A stretch of 64,000 nucleotides of DNA from Selaginella moellendorffii (lineage: Eukaryota; Plantae; Lycopodiophyta), in NCBI RefSeq assembly GCF_000143415.4, contig NW_003314424.1:157647-221646 (forward strand). Direction: 5' to 3'. Below, piece by piece: positions 12,658 to 23,352 of this stretch (position 1 is its first letter; each line of letters opens with the position of its first letter). Both the position numbers and the translations under genes were made by a program. Under the pieces are notes generated by a model, which searched no databases, was not told the origin of the DNA, and worked only from the letters and a program-made list of their open reading frames with translations.

Positions 12658-13182
12658 CTAGTAAGGCCTCTGGCCAATGTAGTTCCCTGGGGGATCGTAG
12701 TTGCAGATCATGAACACGTCCCCGTCGGCACAGGTGACTCTTGCGCATCCCACCCGCGTTGAGCTTCTCCACACGATCTGTGTGTAGTGGCCACAGTCGT
12801 CGTTGAAGAGGCACGAGTTGGAGTAGTAGTCATACCAGCGGCGCTCGTCCACCCAGGCGTCGACGGCCTCGGACGGGCTCCACGGCTTGCCCCGCCCCCA
12901 AAAGATGTTCTCGCCGTAGGGACCCCCCGAGTGCTGGAGATAGCAGTTGCCCGACGCCTGCTTCTGGTTTGCCCACCATTGCGCGTACGCTGCCAGCCGG
13001 TTGTCCCACACCAGCGGCGGAACACCCACGCTGTAGCGAGCTCGGTTCTGGCCGTAGAGGAACTGCGCCACGAATGCGTTGTATCGGGGCGGCCAGTAGC
13101 TCGCGCCTGCCAGGAGCGAGCAATGCAGCACGTAGCACACGGCCACCACACAGTGGTATCTTCGATCAACCATGAATCTCAT
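12658..13182 (-). CDS. Pathogenesis-related protein 1 (CAP/SCP domain), intronless, secreted
   Basis: Hydrophobic leader, HSGGPYGENIFW, CGHYTQIVW, C-terminal CNYDPPGNYIGQRPY. Confidence 0.95.
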   Translation of the reverse strand: MRFMVDRRYHCVVAVCYVLHCSLLAGASYWPPRYNAFVAQFLYGQNRARYSVGVPPLVWDNRLAAYAQWWANQKQASGNCYLQHSGGPYGENIFWGRGKPWSPSEAVDAWVDERRWYDYYSNSCLFNDDCGHYTQIVWRSSTRVGCARVTCADGDVFMICNYDPPGNYIGQRPY

Positions 13183-13283
13183 AGCATGAATGTATGTACG
13201 TAGTGTAAGTGTCTGTCTCTATCTATGTATCTATGTATCTATCTGTCTAGAGCCCGAGACGACCCTGCTTCAAATGCCTACCT

Positions 13284-13317
13284 CTTCTTCTTCTTCTTCT
13301 TCTTCTTCTTCTTCTTC
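13284..13317. repeat. (TTC)n microsatellite upstream of PR-1
   Basis: About 11 perfect units read directly. Confidence 0.9.
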
Positions 13318-14579
13318 GCTTCTGGGGGCTTTATAAACTATCTATCCGTCGTGCGAGCAGCCAGGAAGCTTTATGAGCGCCACTGTCCAATGCGAGTGCG
13401 TGGTTGAGTGGGAGGAGCTCTGTTGCTACAAGAGAAGCGGCGCTCTCTTTCTCTTTTTGCCATTGCGCGGTGCCAGCCTTTACCAAGTCGTTGGAATCTC
13501 TGTTTGGCCCCGTAAAGTAGTATATATGCGATGCGCTCTGGCTGGCCGAGGGATGGTGAAAAGGATGGATTGGCAGCGAGCATTCCTTTGCTCCGCTCCG
13601 CTTGCAATGGCTGGCTTGATTGCACATGGGCGCAAGCGCGCGAGAACATGGATGTACACTCAATTCACACTTTAGCTGCCACCGCCTGACACAACACCCA
13701 CCAGTTGAGCAGTCACCATTTCAAAAGCTTACAAGGCTTATAGGTGAGAAGACAAGCAAGAGGAGAGGAGAAAAGAGTGGCGCGCGACGAGGCGAGTGAG
13801 GCCTATAGCTAGGAAATCGGCTATTAGTCACTGTTTCAGAGTTAGGGGTCACGGGAGGCTCTTGGCTGTCTGCTTTCCTCCTCTGCCTGTACGCGAGCAG
13901 GACAGGATTGGTCAAAAAGCCGCGCGAATTCATTATTTGATCCAAGTCGAGCTGCTGCTCCAATGTGGATGGCTGGTCTCCATCCATGCTTTCTTCCAGG
14001 AAGACTTGTGCTAAACTAAACACTATTTTATTATCCAAAGCGTGGAAAATGTTTCCTCGAGTTCTTGAACATCGAGCATTTCTTGGCTGATTCGATCCCA
14101 TTACCAACATTTTTGGCCAGCGTAAGCTTCTTGACAATGATAAATCGATGTTATTCCCATTATCCATTATCATTATAGATTTACTCACCTCGACCATGAG
14201 AACACCACCATCCATCCGAAAAGTGGCCAGGAAAGATGATCACGTTCTACTCCGGTTGATACTACTCGATCACTGTAACTACTATCCACCAGCAAGAATG
14301 GATGTTTAGCCGAAGACTAGGCGAGGTAAAAAGTGGTCACCTATGAGGAAGAATGTCGCAATCTTGCTGATGTTTAGTACAGAAGGGAATTCCGCAAATC
14401 CTAATCCGAAAGAACCAGTAACATTGATTAATGCATGGATGAATGGAACACGTTTCTTTTCTCGATGGTGGATGAATCCGACCCTGGCGCGTCTGAAAGG
14501 CTCCCCATGGCGGAAGGCAGGCGCGGATCAAGCTCAGGTCGGCGCGATCGAAAAGCACCGTCGATAGATTTAGCCGGTC

Positions 14580-16739
14580 CTAAGGGAGACTGGGACTTCG
14601 TCGTTGATCGGAGTTGAGCTCGTTTGCAAGCAGTGTGGTCCATGCCACACCGCCGGGAAGAAACGGCATTGTAAGCAGCAGCTCCCGAGCATCCTTGCTC
14701 CGTCCCGCCCGCCCCAACACGTCCAGCATGCAGTGGTAGTGCTCGCTCGAGTGGCTTATCCCATAGTCACTCGCCAGGCCCATGAAGTAGCGCATCCCCT
14801 TGTCCAGCAGGCCCCCGTGGCTGCACGAGAAGAGGACGCTCAGCATTGTCACCTGATCGGGAATGATGCCCTCCACCCCCATTGCACTGAAAACCTCCAC
14901 CGCCGCAGCGCCTTGTCCGTTGTGGGCATTTGCGGCAATGAGAGCACTCCAAGACACCACGTCTCGTTCCGGCATCCTATCAAACGTCGCCCTTGCTTCC
15001 ATCAGATGGCTGCTCTTCCCATACATGCTGATCACGGCATTGGACACCACCGTGTCGCCCGTAACGAGCTCCGATCCGTAGGCGTCTCCAAAGCTGGAGA
15101 GGACGATTCTCCCCTGGGACACCAGCCTCACGCTGGCGCAGGCCTCGAGGGCGCTCACCAGCGTCACTCTGTCACCTTGAAAACCCTCCATATCCATCGC
15201 CCGCACCAGCTGCAATGCCTCCTCGCCTTGCTCGCTCTGGGCATACGCCTGGATCACAAAGTTCCACGATATCACGTCCCGCACCGGCATCTCCTGCAGA
15301 AGCAACTCTCGTGCCGTGTCCAGATCCCCGTTGTGCGCATGCCCGGCAAGCAGCGCGTTCCAGGTGACCACGTCCTTCTCCGGCATCTCGTCAAACAGCG
15401 CCTTGGCCGCAACAACGTCGCCAGCCTGCGAGTAGGCCTGGACAAGCACATTCCACGCCACCCGGTTGCGCAGCGGCATGCTGTCAAACGCACGGCGTGC
15501 CGCCCTTAAGTCACCAGCGTCGGCGTACATGCCGACCATGCTGCTCCTCGTCACCACGTCCTGTTCCGGCATCTTGTCGAGGAGTGCCTCTGCCTCGCGA
15601 ATATTGCCCTCCCGAGCGTAGGCAGTGATCATAGTGTTCCACGTCCTTAAGTTCCTCCGAGGGGCTCTGTCAAAGAGATCTTTCGCCCTTGTCATGTCGC
15701 CGTGCTGGGAATGAGCTGCGATCATCGCGTTCCACGACACCATGTCTTGCTGTGGCATGCTCTCGAAAACTCTCACAGCCGTTTCCACCTCTCCAACTCG
15801 AACGTATGCCTGTATCAGCGCATTCCAAGCCGCAACGCATGTCTCCGGCATAGCATCAAATGCCTTGCGGGCCTTGCCAACATGTCCGTACCTGGCATAC
15901 GCTGCAATCAAGCTGGTCCACGACACTAAGTTTTTCTCTGGCATCGCATCAAACAGCTCCCTCACCTGAGTCATATCTCCCGATTCTGGATCATCTTCCT
16001 GAGATGAATATGCAGCAAGCATTGCGTTCCAGGAAACCACATTTCGCTCTGGCATGCCGTCAAACACTACTGCTGCCTTGTCTACTTGCCCTTCCCGGGC
16101 ATACGCTGCAGCCATAGTCGTCCACGACACAACATCCCTTTGTGGCATAGAATCGAAGGTTAGCTTGACTCCTGCAATATCGCTGTTTTGAGAGTACGCT
16201 TGCAGCATGGCGTTCCATGCAACCAGGTTTCGCTCTGGCATCAGATTGAAGAGGGTGACTGCCTCATGTAGCTGGCCGCAGGCAGCATACACAGAGATGA
16301 GAGCCACCCATGCAATGAAATCTCTCTCTGGCATCTTGTCGAATTTTTCTTTTGCGCTCTTGCAGCTTCCTTCCCGAGAGTAGGCTACCACCATAACCAC
16401 CCAAGAAACAAGATCGCGACGAGGCATTCTCTGGAATAAAAGCTCGGCCTCCAGCATATGCCCGTGTTGGGCATATGCAGAGACAATAATGTTCCAGGAA
16501 AAGACGTTGGGGCATGCCAAGCTCTCAAAGACCTTTCTCGCGTTTTCTAGGCTCCCACACTTGCTGTACATCTCCACGATCATGTTGCACACGTAGATGT
16601 TCCCACAGTGCTGGCTTTGTGCGAATAGCGAGTGCAGGCGTTGGCCGGCAGCGAGGTTCTTTGTCCTGGTGCACAGCTTGAAGGCCTCGGCGTAGGAATT
16701 GGGATCGTCTGGGATGGGACACACTTGGAGCTTGGCCAT
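14580..16739 (-). CDS. PLS-class PPR protein with many short (S/SS) repeats, truncated E domain, no DYW
   Basis: 719-aa intronless ORF with repeated FDxMPERDVVSWNAM units; ends HYHCMLDVLGRAG...WTTLLA. Confidence 0.93.
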   Translation of the reverse strand: MAKLQVCPIPDDPNSYAEAFKLCTRTKNLAAGQRLHSLFAQSQHCGNIYVCNMIVEMYSKCGSLENARKVFESLACPNVFSWNIIVSAYAQHGHMLEAELLFQRMPRRDLVSWVVMVVAYSREGSCKSAKEKFDKMPERDFIAWVALISVYAACGQLHEAVTLFNLMPERNLVAWNAMLQAYSQNSDIAGVKLTFDSMPQRDVVSWTTMAAAYAREGQVDKAAVVFDGMPERNVVSWNAMLAAYSSQEDDPESGDMTQVRELFDAMPEKNLVSWTSLIAAYARYGHVGKARKAFDAMPETCVAAWNALIQAYVRVGEVETAVRVFESMPQQDMVSWNAMIAAHSQHGDMTRAKDLFDRAPRRNLRTWNTMITAYAREGNIREAEALLDKMPEQDVVTRSSMVGMYADAGDLRAARRAFDSMPLRNRVAWNVLVQAYSQAGDVVAAKALFDEMPEKDVVTWNALLAGHAHNGDLDTARELLLQEMPVRDVISWNFVIQAYAQSEQGEEALQLVRAMDMEGFQGDRVTLVSALEACASVRLVSQGRIVLSSFGDAYGSELVTGDTVVSNAVISMYGKSSHLMEARATFDRMPERDVVSWSALIAANAHNGQGAAAVEVFSAMGVEGIIPDQVTMLSVLFSCSHGGLLDKGMRYFMGLASDYGISHSSEHYHCMLDVLGRAGRSKDARELLLTMPFLPGGVAWTTLLANELNSDQRRSPSLP

Positions 16740-18024
16740 CTTCCATCACTTCATACGCAGGACACGTCTGGAAAGAAGTGAAAAGCTCCATGAATGACAC
16801 AAGCAGCAGCAGTAGCAGCGAATTGTCAACACTACGCACCACGAGGAATGATGACGTGAGAAATCGTTAGTCCTTTGGGTCCTTTAGGATGCACGCGTGC
16901 CTTGTGCTCCCTTGCTGCTGCATAGTGGCTGAGCGATCCGATCATCCATTTATCCCAGCCTTGGAAAGCACCTAGGCTAGAGCGCCTTGAAACTTGCCCC
17001 AAGATCAAAGTTAGAACCAGAATTAAAAAAAATGTAACAATGTTTATATGCTTAAATAGATATGAAAAATGATTATTTTTAGACCATGGACATGAAAAAT
17101 TTAAAATAAATATGGAAGTAGAGATATGTATGAAGATTTTAAGGTGTGATTATGAGAAATAATTTAGATTTATAACTGAATTTATGGTGAATAGAAACCA
17201 AGACAAGCTATCATACGAGAATAAACACTCTATTGTAGCAACACTATATTGTAGGATTTTTGTAAAAATTTAACGTATATTTATTATTACATGTGATTAT
17301 TAAGAGATTAGGTGTACCAAAAATCTGAGAACGCAGCTACATTACTCGTGATTTGTTTGTATACACACTCACTTACACTTTGTTCCTTGAGCTTGAATTT
17401 GATTTGCCTTCAGTGACTATGTATATACATAGCATCATTCCCTTATAAAAAATTTACAAAGAATTTCTAATTCTCAGCTGCAAACGTCTTCACTAGCTCA
17501 TTTTCTAGTAGCGCCAATCTGTGTAAAAACCTCCTACTATCTGAGCTAAGAGCTTCAGCTCCTTATGCACACTAAAAGGTATCTACCTGGCTTCTTCGAA
17601 ACACACCTCAACAATGGAGCTCTTGAGTTTATTGCCACGGCCACAATGTCCTGTGACTTACTTATAAACCCCTCCTCTAAATCAAATCCTGTAAAACCGC
17701 CAATCTGCTTACAAATACCCCAGGCATATGTAGTATATCCACCTGTTTTGTAGCACGTCTTTTACTCTACTGACTTTTGAAACCAGCAAATCAAATCACT
17801 TTCTTCCTTGATTTTGTTCAAACAAGAGCTCCCATCCCCGTATACTCCTGTAGCTGGAATGGACCTGTTCTGGAAATGGATCCCCAATTAGCCGGACAAT
17901 TGTGAAGGTGTGAGAGGGAGATTAGAGAGTACGCCCTTGAGCCCAGGCAAATGTCAATCCCTGGCCAGTGTACGCGGGCGCATACGTATCGGTGATGCTG
18001 TGTGTGGCGTATGTACCGGCGAAA

Positions 18025-18207
18025 AGTCAATGAGCCATCCCCAAGCTCCCAGTTGTGACAGACAGATAATCTCAAAGTCAACTGCCCAACTTCCGGAACA
18101 AAGAAGAAGGAGAGACGAAGAATTGCAGGCCCAGCGCAAAACGCAAAGAAAGCTCCCTACCCCGTCCTTCCTGACCGTCGGTGATCGGGGCGACCGCCGC
18201 CAGTCAA
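18025..18207. promoter_or_regulatory. Three W-box cores (TTGACT on - strand) upstream of the PSK-like gene
   Basis: AGTCAA at 18025, 18076 and 18202; function inferred only. Confidence 0.3.
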
Positions 18208-18434
18208 CGTTCGACCAGCCCATCCGACGGTGGAGAGCCTGCCCCTTCCAACGGCTGGATGCACCCTTTATAAAGGGCGCATTTTCGATGGATGTTTTGC
18301 TGCTTCTTCGTTCGCTAACTATACGGGGCGTTCCTCCTTCTCTTCTCGCTTTCTCCTCTTTCTCTCTCTCTCACTCTCTCTATACTGCTCTGTAAGATCA
18401 ATCTCTTGAAAGCGTAGTTTGAATCTTACTAGTC

Positions 18435-18868
18435 ATGGGTATTCGCTGCAGCCTCTTGTTTCTTTCCTTGCTGCTAGCTGTCGACGTTCTCGCTCGGCCT
18501 CTTCCACCAGGTGAATGCAGTAATACTGCGGCAGAAACGAGTCCTGACTCACGGATTCGTCTTGCGTTGTGTTGTGCAGTACTAGAAAAGAAGAAGGATG
18601 CAGTGGAAGCAGCAGAGATCCTAGCTGAGAAGGAGGACTTGGATGCTGCGAGTGTGGTAATATACATACACAATCTGATTCGAGGCCTGCTTTGAATTTG
18701 ATCTCATGTCAAACACATGTTGGTTTTCATGACAAAACGCAGCAGCTGAAGGCGCAAGTCAAGTGCGAGGAATCCAAAACAGCTTCCGATCGTGTTGCTC
18801 GAGAGCTTGCTGACAAAGCTCCGGTGCCTGCTGATCATATAGATTACATCTACGATGTGGATCCTTGA
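18435..18868 (+). CDS. Phytosulfokine-like secreted peptide precursor, 92 aa, 3 exons (18435-18510, 18580-18656, 18743-18868)
   Basis: Signal peptide followed by ARP, acidic middle, in-frame GT-AG splicing, C-terminus ADHIDYIYDVDP* resembling the PSK AHxDYIYTQ motif. Confidence 0.75.
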
Positions 18869-19267
18869 TCCAGGCCTCTCTTTTTTTTCTCTACCCGAAT
18901 TCGAGCTCAAGATATGTACTATAGAGTGTGAGGGCCACGCGCAACTATCATCCTCTTCAAAATGTTATATGTGTTCTCCAGTTTACATCTCCGCATTGTA
19001 CAGAGCGGGGCGAGCATTATAGGGACAGGGCAGTGCAGCAAACATATAAAAAAGTCTCCTGTTCTTGGGAGTTTCGACTTTGATATACCGCATCTAAGAT
19101 ACAACTCTCGGGAGAACCATTGCTAAACTATAAGCTCTATAGACTTTTCAAACTCCATGTATGTATGCGTGTGCCAGTGTGAGAGTGTGTGTGTCACGAG
19201 TGGCGTGGGAAATATGGACATGATCACCGGGATTTTATGGAATGTGACGTTGGAACATATGATACAC

Positions 19268-20590
19268 TTAGAGGTTTGATTGATTATCATCTCTATCTTC
19301 GATCACCGGAGGAGCAGTAGTGGGATGAGGCGTGGCCGCATAAGATTCTAGTGCTTGCAGCAAAAACTCTTGACCCGACTCCACTCCGCTTTGCTCCATC
19401 TTGGACATAAGCACTGTCATCTTGTCCAGCTGCCGCTCCTCCCCATAGGCCTTGAACAGTATGAGGTACGAGGACACGGCGGGCTTGATGTCGAGCTTGG
19501 ACGCGTTGATGAACAGCGCCTCGGCCTCGTCCACCAGGCCGTGCTCAGCGTAGGCCCGCAGCAGCACGTCCAAGGTGGACACCTGCGGCTTGACGGGCGA
19601 CCGCACCATCTTGTCGAAGCACTTTCGCATCGTGTCCAGCTCCCCAGCCCGGCCGTAGGAGCTCATGAGCGTGTTGAAGGTGGTCAGGTCGGGGCCGAGG
19701 CCCGCCATGTCCATCCTCACCAGCACTTGCTCCATCTTTCCCAGCTCCCGCGACTGCCCGTAGCTCGCCAGCATCGAGTTGAAAGTGGTGGCCGAGGGCT
19801 TGCACCCGGACAAGTTGACGAGCGACTTGTAAGTCCGCTCCATCTTGACAAAGTCTCCCGCCCGGCCGTAAGCATCGATGAGGACGTTGAAGGTGACAAG
19901 GTCCGGCCTCACGCCATGCTCGCTCATCTCCTTGAGCTTGTACTCCATGTCGCGGTACAGCCCCTTCTTGGCGTAGGCGTCCATGATCCCGTTGAAAGTG
20001 TAGGCGTCGGGCTTGAGATCTTCTCGGCGCAGGAGCTCCAGGAAGAGCGCCTCGGCCTTGTCCGTGAGCCCGGCCTGCGCACACGCCCGGGTGAGCATGT
20101 TGTACGTGGCGAGGCTCGGGCACGAGTGGACGCTCGTCTTCATGTGGCCGAAGTGATCCAGCGCGCTGTCCAGCGCTCGCGCAACGTTCTTGCACCTCAG
20201 GTGAGCCATGATGATGGCATTCAACACCGGCGTGGTCCTGGACGAGAGCTGGAGCTGCGAGAAGATCCACGACGCCAGCCGCAGCTGCCCCTGCTTGCCC
20301 ATGGTGTCGATGATCTTGGCGTGCGCCACCTCAAGGTCCCGGTTGCTCAGCCGCGCCTCATTCTTTTGCAGCCACTTGAAGAGCTGTGGCGATGACAAAC
20401 ACATCAAAACCTCGCTTGATCGAGCACGATGAACTAACCGCGAGCGCCAGCGCCCAGTCGTTGAGCCTGCCAATCTCGTCCACCAGCGCCATGAATCCAT
20501 CCACGGGAATGTGCCTCGCGTACTTGTCCAGGACGTGGCTCTTGCTGCTCTTCTTGTCTTGGAGCTCGTGGAGAATCCTCATCACGGCCG

Positions 20591-20625
<35 letters not shown>

Positions 20626-20765
20626 TGCTGGTGGCTGGAGAGAGATCGATCGGCCCTCCTCCCCCTCACAAATCTCATCCTGGCGAGCTGCCCGCTGCCG
20701 CTCGTCCTGGCGTGATCGCCTCCACCATAGCCCAGCGCGGCAAAGCAGTGCCAGCGGCATTCCAT
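19268..20765 (-). CDS. PPR5: P-class PPR protein, PPR5/EMB2453-like (plastid RNA processing); intron 20384-20438
   Basis: FKWLQK..AKIIDTMGKQGQLRLASWIFS, PDAYTFNGIMDAY, PDLVTFNVLIDAYG..KMERTYKSL follow the PPR5 repeat series as recalled; polyQ in the N-terminus. Confidence 0.8.
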
Positions 20766-20797
20766 TTTTCTAGGGTTAGGGTTTTAGGACGACGGCT
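20766..20797. promoter_or_regulatory. 32-bp spacer between divergent start codons containing a telo-box (TAGGGTTT at 20777-20784)
   Basis: Sequence tagggttagggtttt; telo-boxes are typical of translation-machinery gene promoters. Confidence 0.55.
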
Positions 20798-22519
20798 ATG
20801 GCGCAGTTCGACCAGACGCTCAAGATTGCGCCCTTCCTGGACAGGCATCTCGTGTTCCCGCTGCTCGAGTTCCTCCAGGACAAGGGGATCTATCCCAATG
20901 ACCAGATTCTCAAGGCCAAGATCGAGCTGCTGGCCAAGACCAACATGGTCGACTACATGATGGACATCCACCGCAGCCTCTACGACGAGGTCCCCAAAGG
21001 TAGGCGGCCTCCATTTCGCGCTCCAATGCCCATTTCCCGTTCCTTCTTCTCGCAGAGATGATGGACAGGCGTGCCGAGGTTGTGAATCGCCTCAAGGCCC
21101 TCGAGGATCTGGCGGCTCCCTTGATCGCCTTCCTGCAAAACCCGCAAATGACAGCGGAGCTCAAGCCCGAGAGGCAAGCCAATCTCCAGATGCTTCACGA
21201 CCGGTACCAGGTACTTTGTTTCTTTGGTTTCTTGTAGCACCACCATTCTTCTTCTTCGCAGATTGGTCCCGAGCACATCGATGCGCTCTACCAATACGCA
21301 AAGTTCCAGTTTGAGTGTGGCAACTACTCGGGAGCCGCGGATTTTCTCTACCAGTATCGGACCTTGACCATCAACAGCGAAAAGGCTTACAGTGCAATGT
21401 GGGGCAAGTTTGCAGCCGAGATACTGATGCAAAACTGGAGCGGTGCAGAATACGAGCTTGGGAAGCTCAAGGAAGCCATGGATTCTAAGGTAGTTTTGCT
21501 TTTTCTTTCCTACTTAGAAAGAAATGTTTTTGTTTCTTGTCCTCTTTGCAGAATTTTTCATCGCCGCTTGTCCAAGTGCAAAATCGAGTGTGGCTCATGC
21601 ATTGGAGCCTCTTTGTCTACTTCAACCTCGAAAGTGGGAGGCACAGTCTCATCGACTTGTTTATGAATGATAGGTGAGTGTAGGGAAAAGAAAGTTTGTG
21701 TTTTGGCTTCTCAGAGTACCTCACTCATTCTGTGTCACCAGATACCTTCATGTGATACAAACGCATGCACACCATCTGCTGAGGTACCTCGCTGCTGCCT
21801 TTGTGGTCTGCAAGAGGAAGCATCGCGGGAACATCAAGGACTTCATCAAGGTGATCCAGCAGGAGCATCACACTTACAGGGATCCCATCACCGAGTTCCT
21901 CGAGTGCCTCTACGTCAACTACGACTTTGAAGGAGCTCAACGGAAGCTCCAAGAGTGTGAAGATGTGAGTGCCGCTTTGCTTCCCACCGCTCTCTTCATT
22001 CGTTTTTGTTTGCTTTGCAGCTCATCCTGAATGACTTCTTCCTTGGGCGTCCGGAAACGGACAACGGCTACATTGTGTACAAGTTCAGGGACGAGTTTTT
22101 GGAGAACGCACGCCTGGCAATGTTCGAGACATACTGCAAAATCCATCAAAGGATTGACATTGGGTAAAAGTGTTCCTGGAAGTGATGGCTTGTAACTAAT
22201 GTTTTTTTTCTTTTTGTGGGATCCTCAGGATGCTGTCTGACAAGCTTCACATGAATTACGACGATGCCGAGCGCTGGATCGCCAACCTCATCAATTTTTC
22301 CAGGCTCGATGCCAAGATCGATTCGAAGAATGGAACGGTTGTCATGGGCGTGCAGCACACGGACGTGTAAGTGGAAAATCGTGTTTGAATTCTCCCTCGC
22401 TGCTGTAACAAGCTTGATGCTGCAGGTACGAGCAAGCCATCGAACGCACAAAGCCTCTGGCAACCCGAACTTACGTACTAGCACGCAACATCGCCGAGAA
22501 TTTGCCTGTGAGAGCTTGA
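20798..22519 (+). CDS. eIF3E: Translation initiation factor 3 subunit E (INT6)
   Basis: [70 protein letters not shown]; stop 22517-22519. Confidence 0.96.
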
Positions 22520-22635
22520 AACCCTTGCTCGAAGTTTTGGTTCGTGAGATCTATCAAACGCAAGCGCCTTTATTTCTTTTGTTTAGAGAACACTCTTACG
22601 TAACAATCTATCCTTTCGCCGTTTAACGTCATAGC

Positions 22636-23296
22636 TCAGGAGCTTACGTTGTCTTCCTGCAACTGTGAAGAAGCAAAGCTAGTGGTTGGATGGGATTTCT
22701 TTTTTCTCGTCTTTGGCAAGCTTACCTGAACGATATGAGGCAGGAACTTCCCATTGAGCGTGATTTGCACCCGTTCTTCACCCTCTTTGCCTTGGATTTT
22801 GTTCACCTCGCAGAAGAAACCAACTGAGGACATTCTGCCACCCAAAAGCCACAGCTTGAAAGAAGACTCGAGAGGGTGGGAATGACATACATGCCATCGC
22901 CAAATTCCTCGTTGATGATGGCCTTGATGCTCTGGGCGTAGTGCATCACAGCTTCGTTCAGCCTGAGAGCCACAAGATTGACAAAAAAGAAGCAATCCAA
23001 GTCCGAGAAACTACTGACCGATAAACAATGGGATCCTGGATGAGGGTCGGTTCGTAGGAGCGAAGTGGGGGGGCTCGCATCTTCTCGAGGAGCTCATCCG
23101 AGAGCTGTGGCACGGCATTCCGGAGGGGAGACACTTGTTCCGGGTGAAGCTGAGCCTGGCGGTGGAAGAGCTGCCCCACATACGCATTCGTGAGCCCAGT
23201 CTCGGCTGCGATCATCGTGAGCGTCTTGCCCGACCGGGACTTTGCTTCCAGCAGCTGCTCCACCAGCGCCCTCTTGGTCCTCTTCTCGCTAGACAT
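22636..23296 (-). CDS. CYN: Cyanate hydratase (cyanase), 4 exons
   Basis: [51 protein letters not shown]. Confidence 0.95.
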
Positions 23297-23352
23297 CCTT
23301 TCTCTCACAACTTCTAGGTCCACTCACACAGTGAACGCGAGGTAAATAAAAG

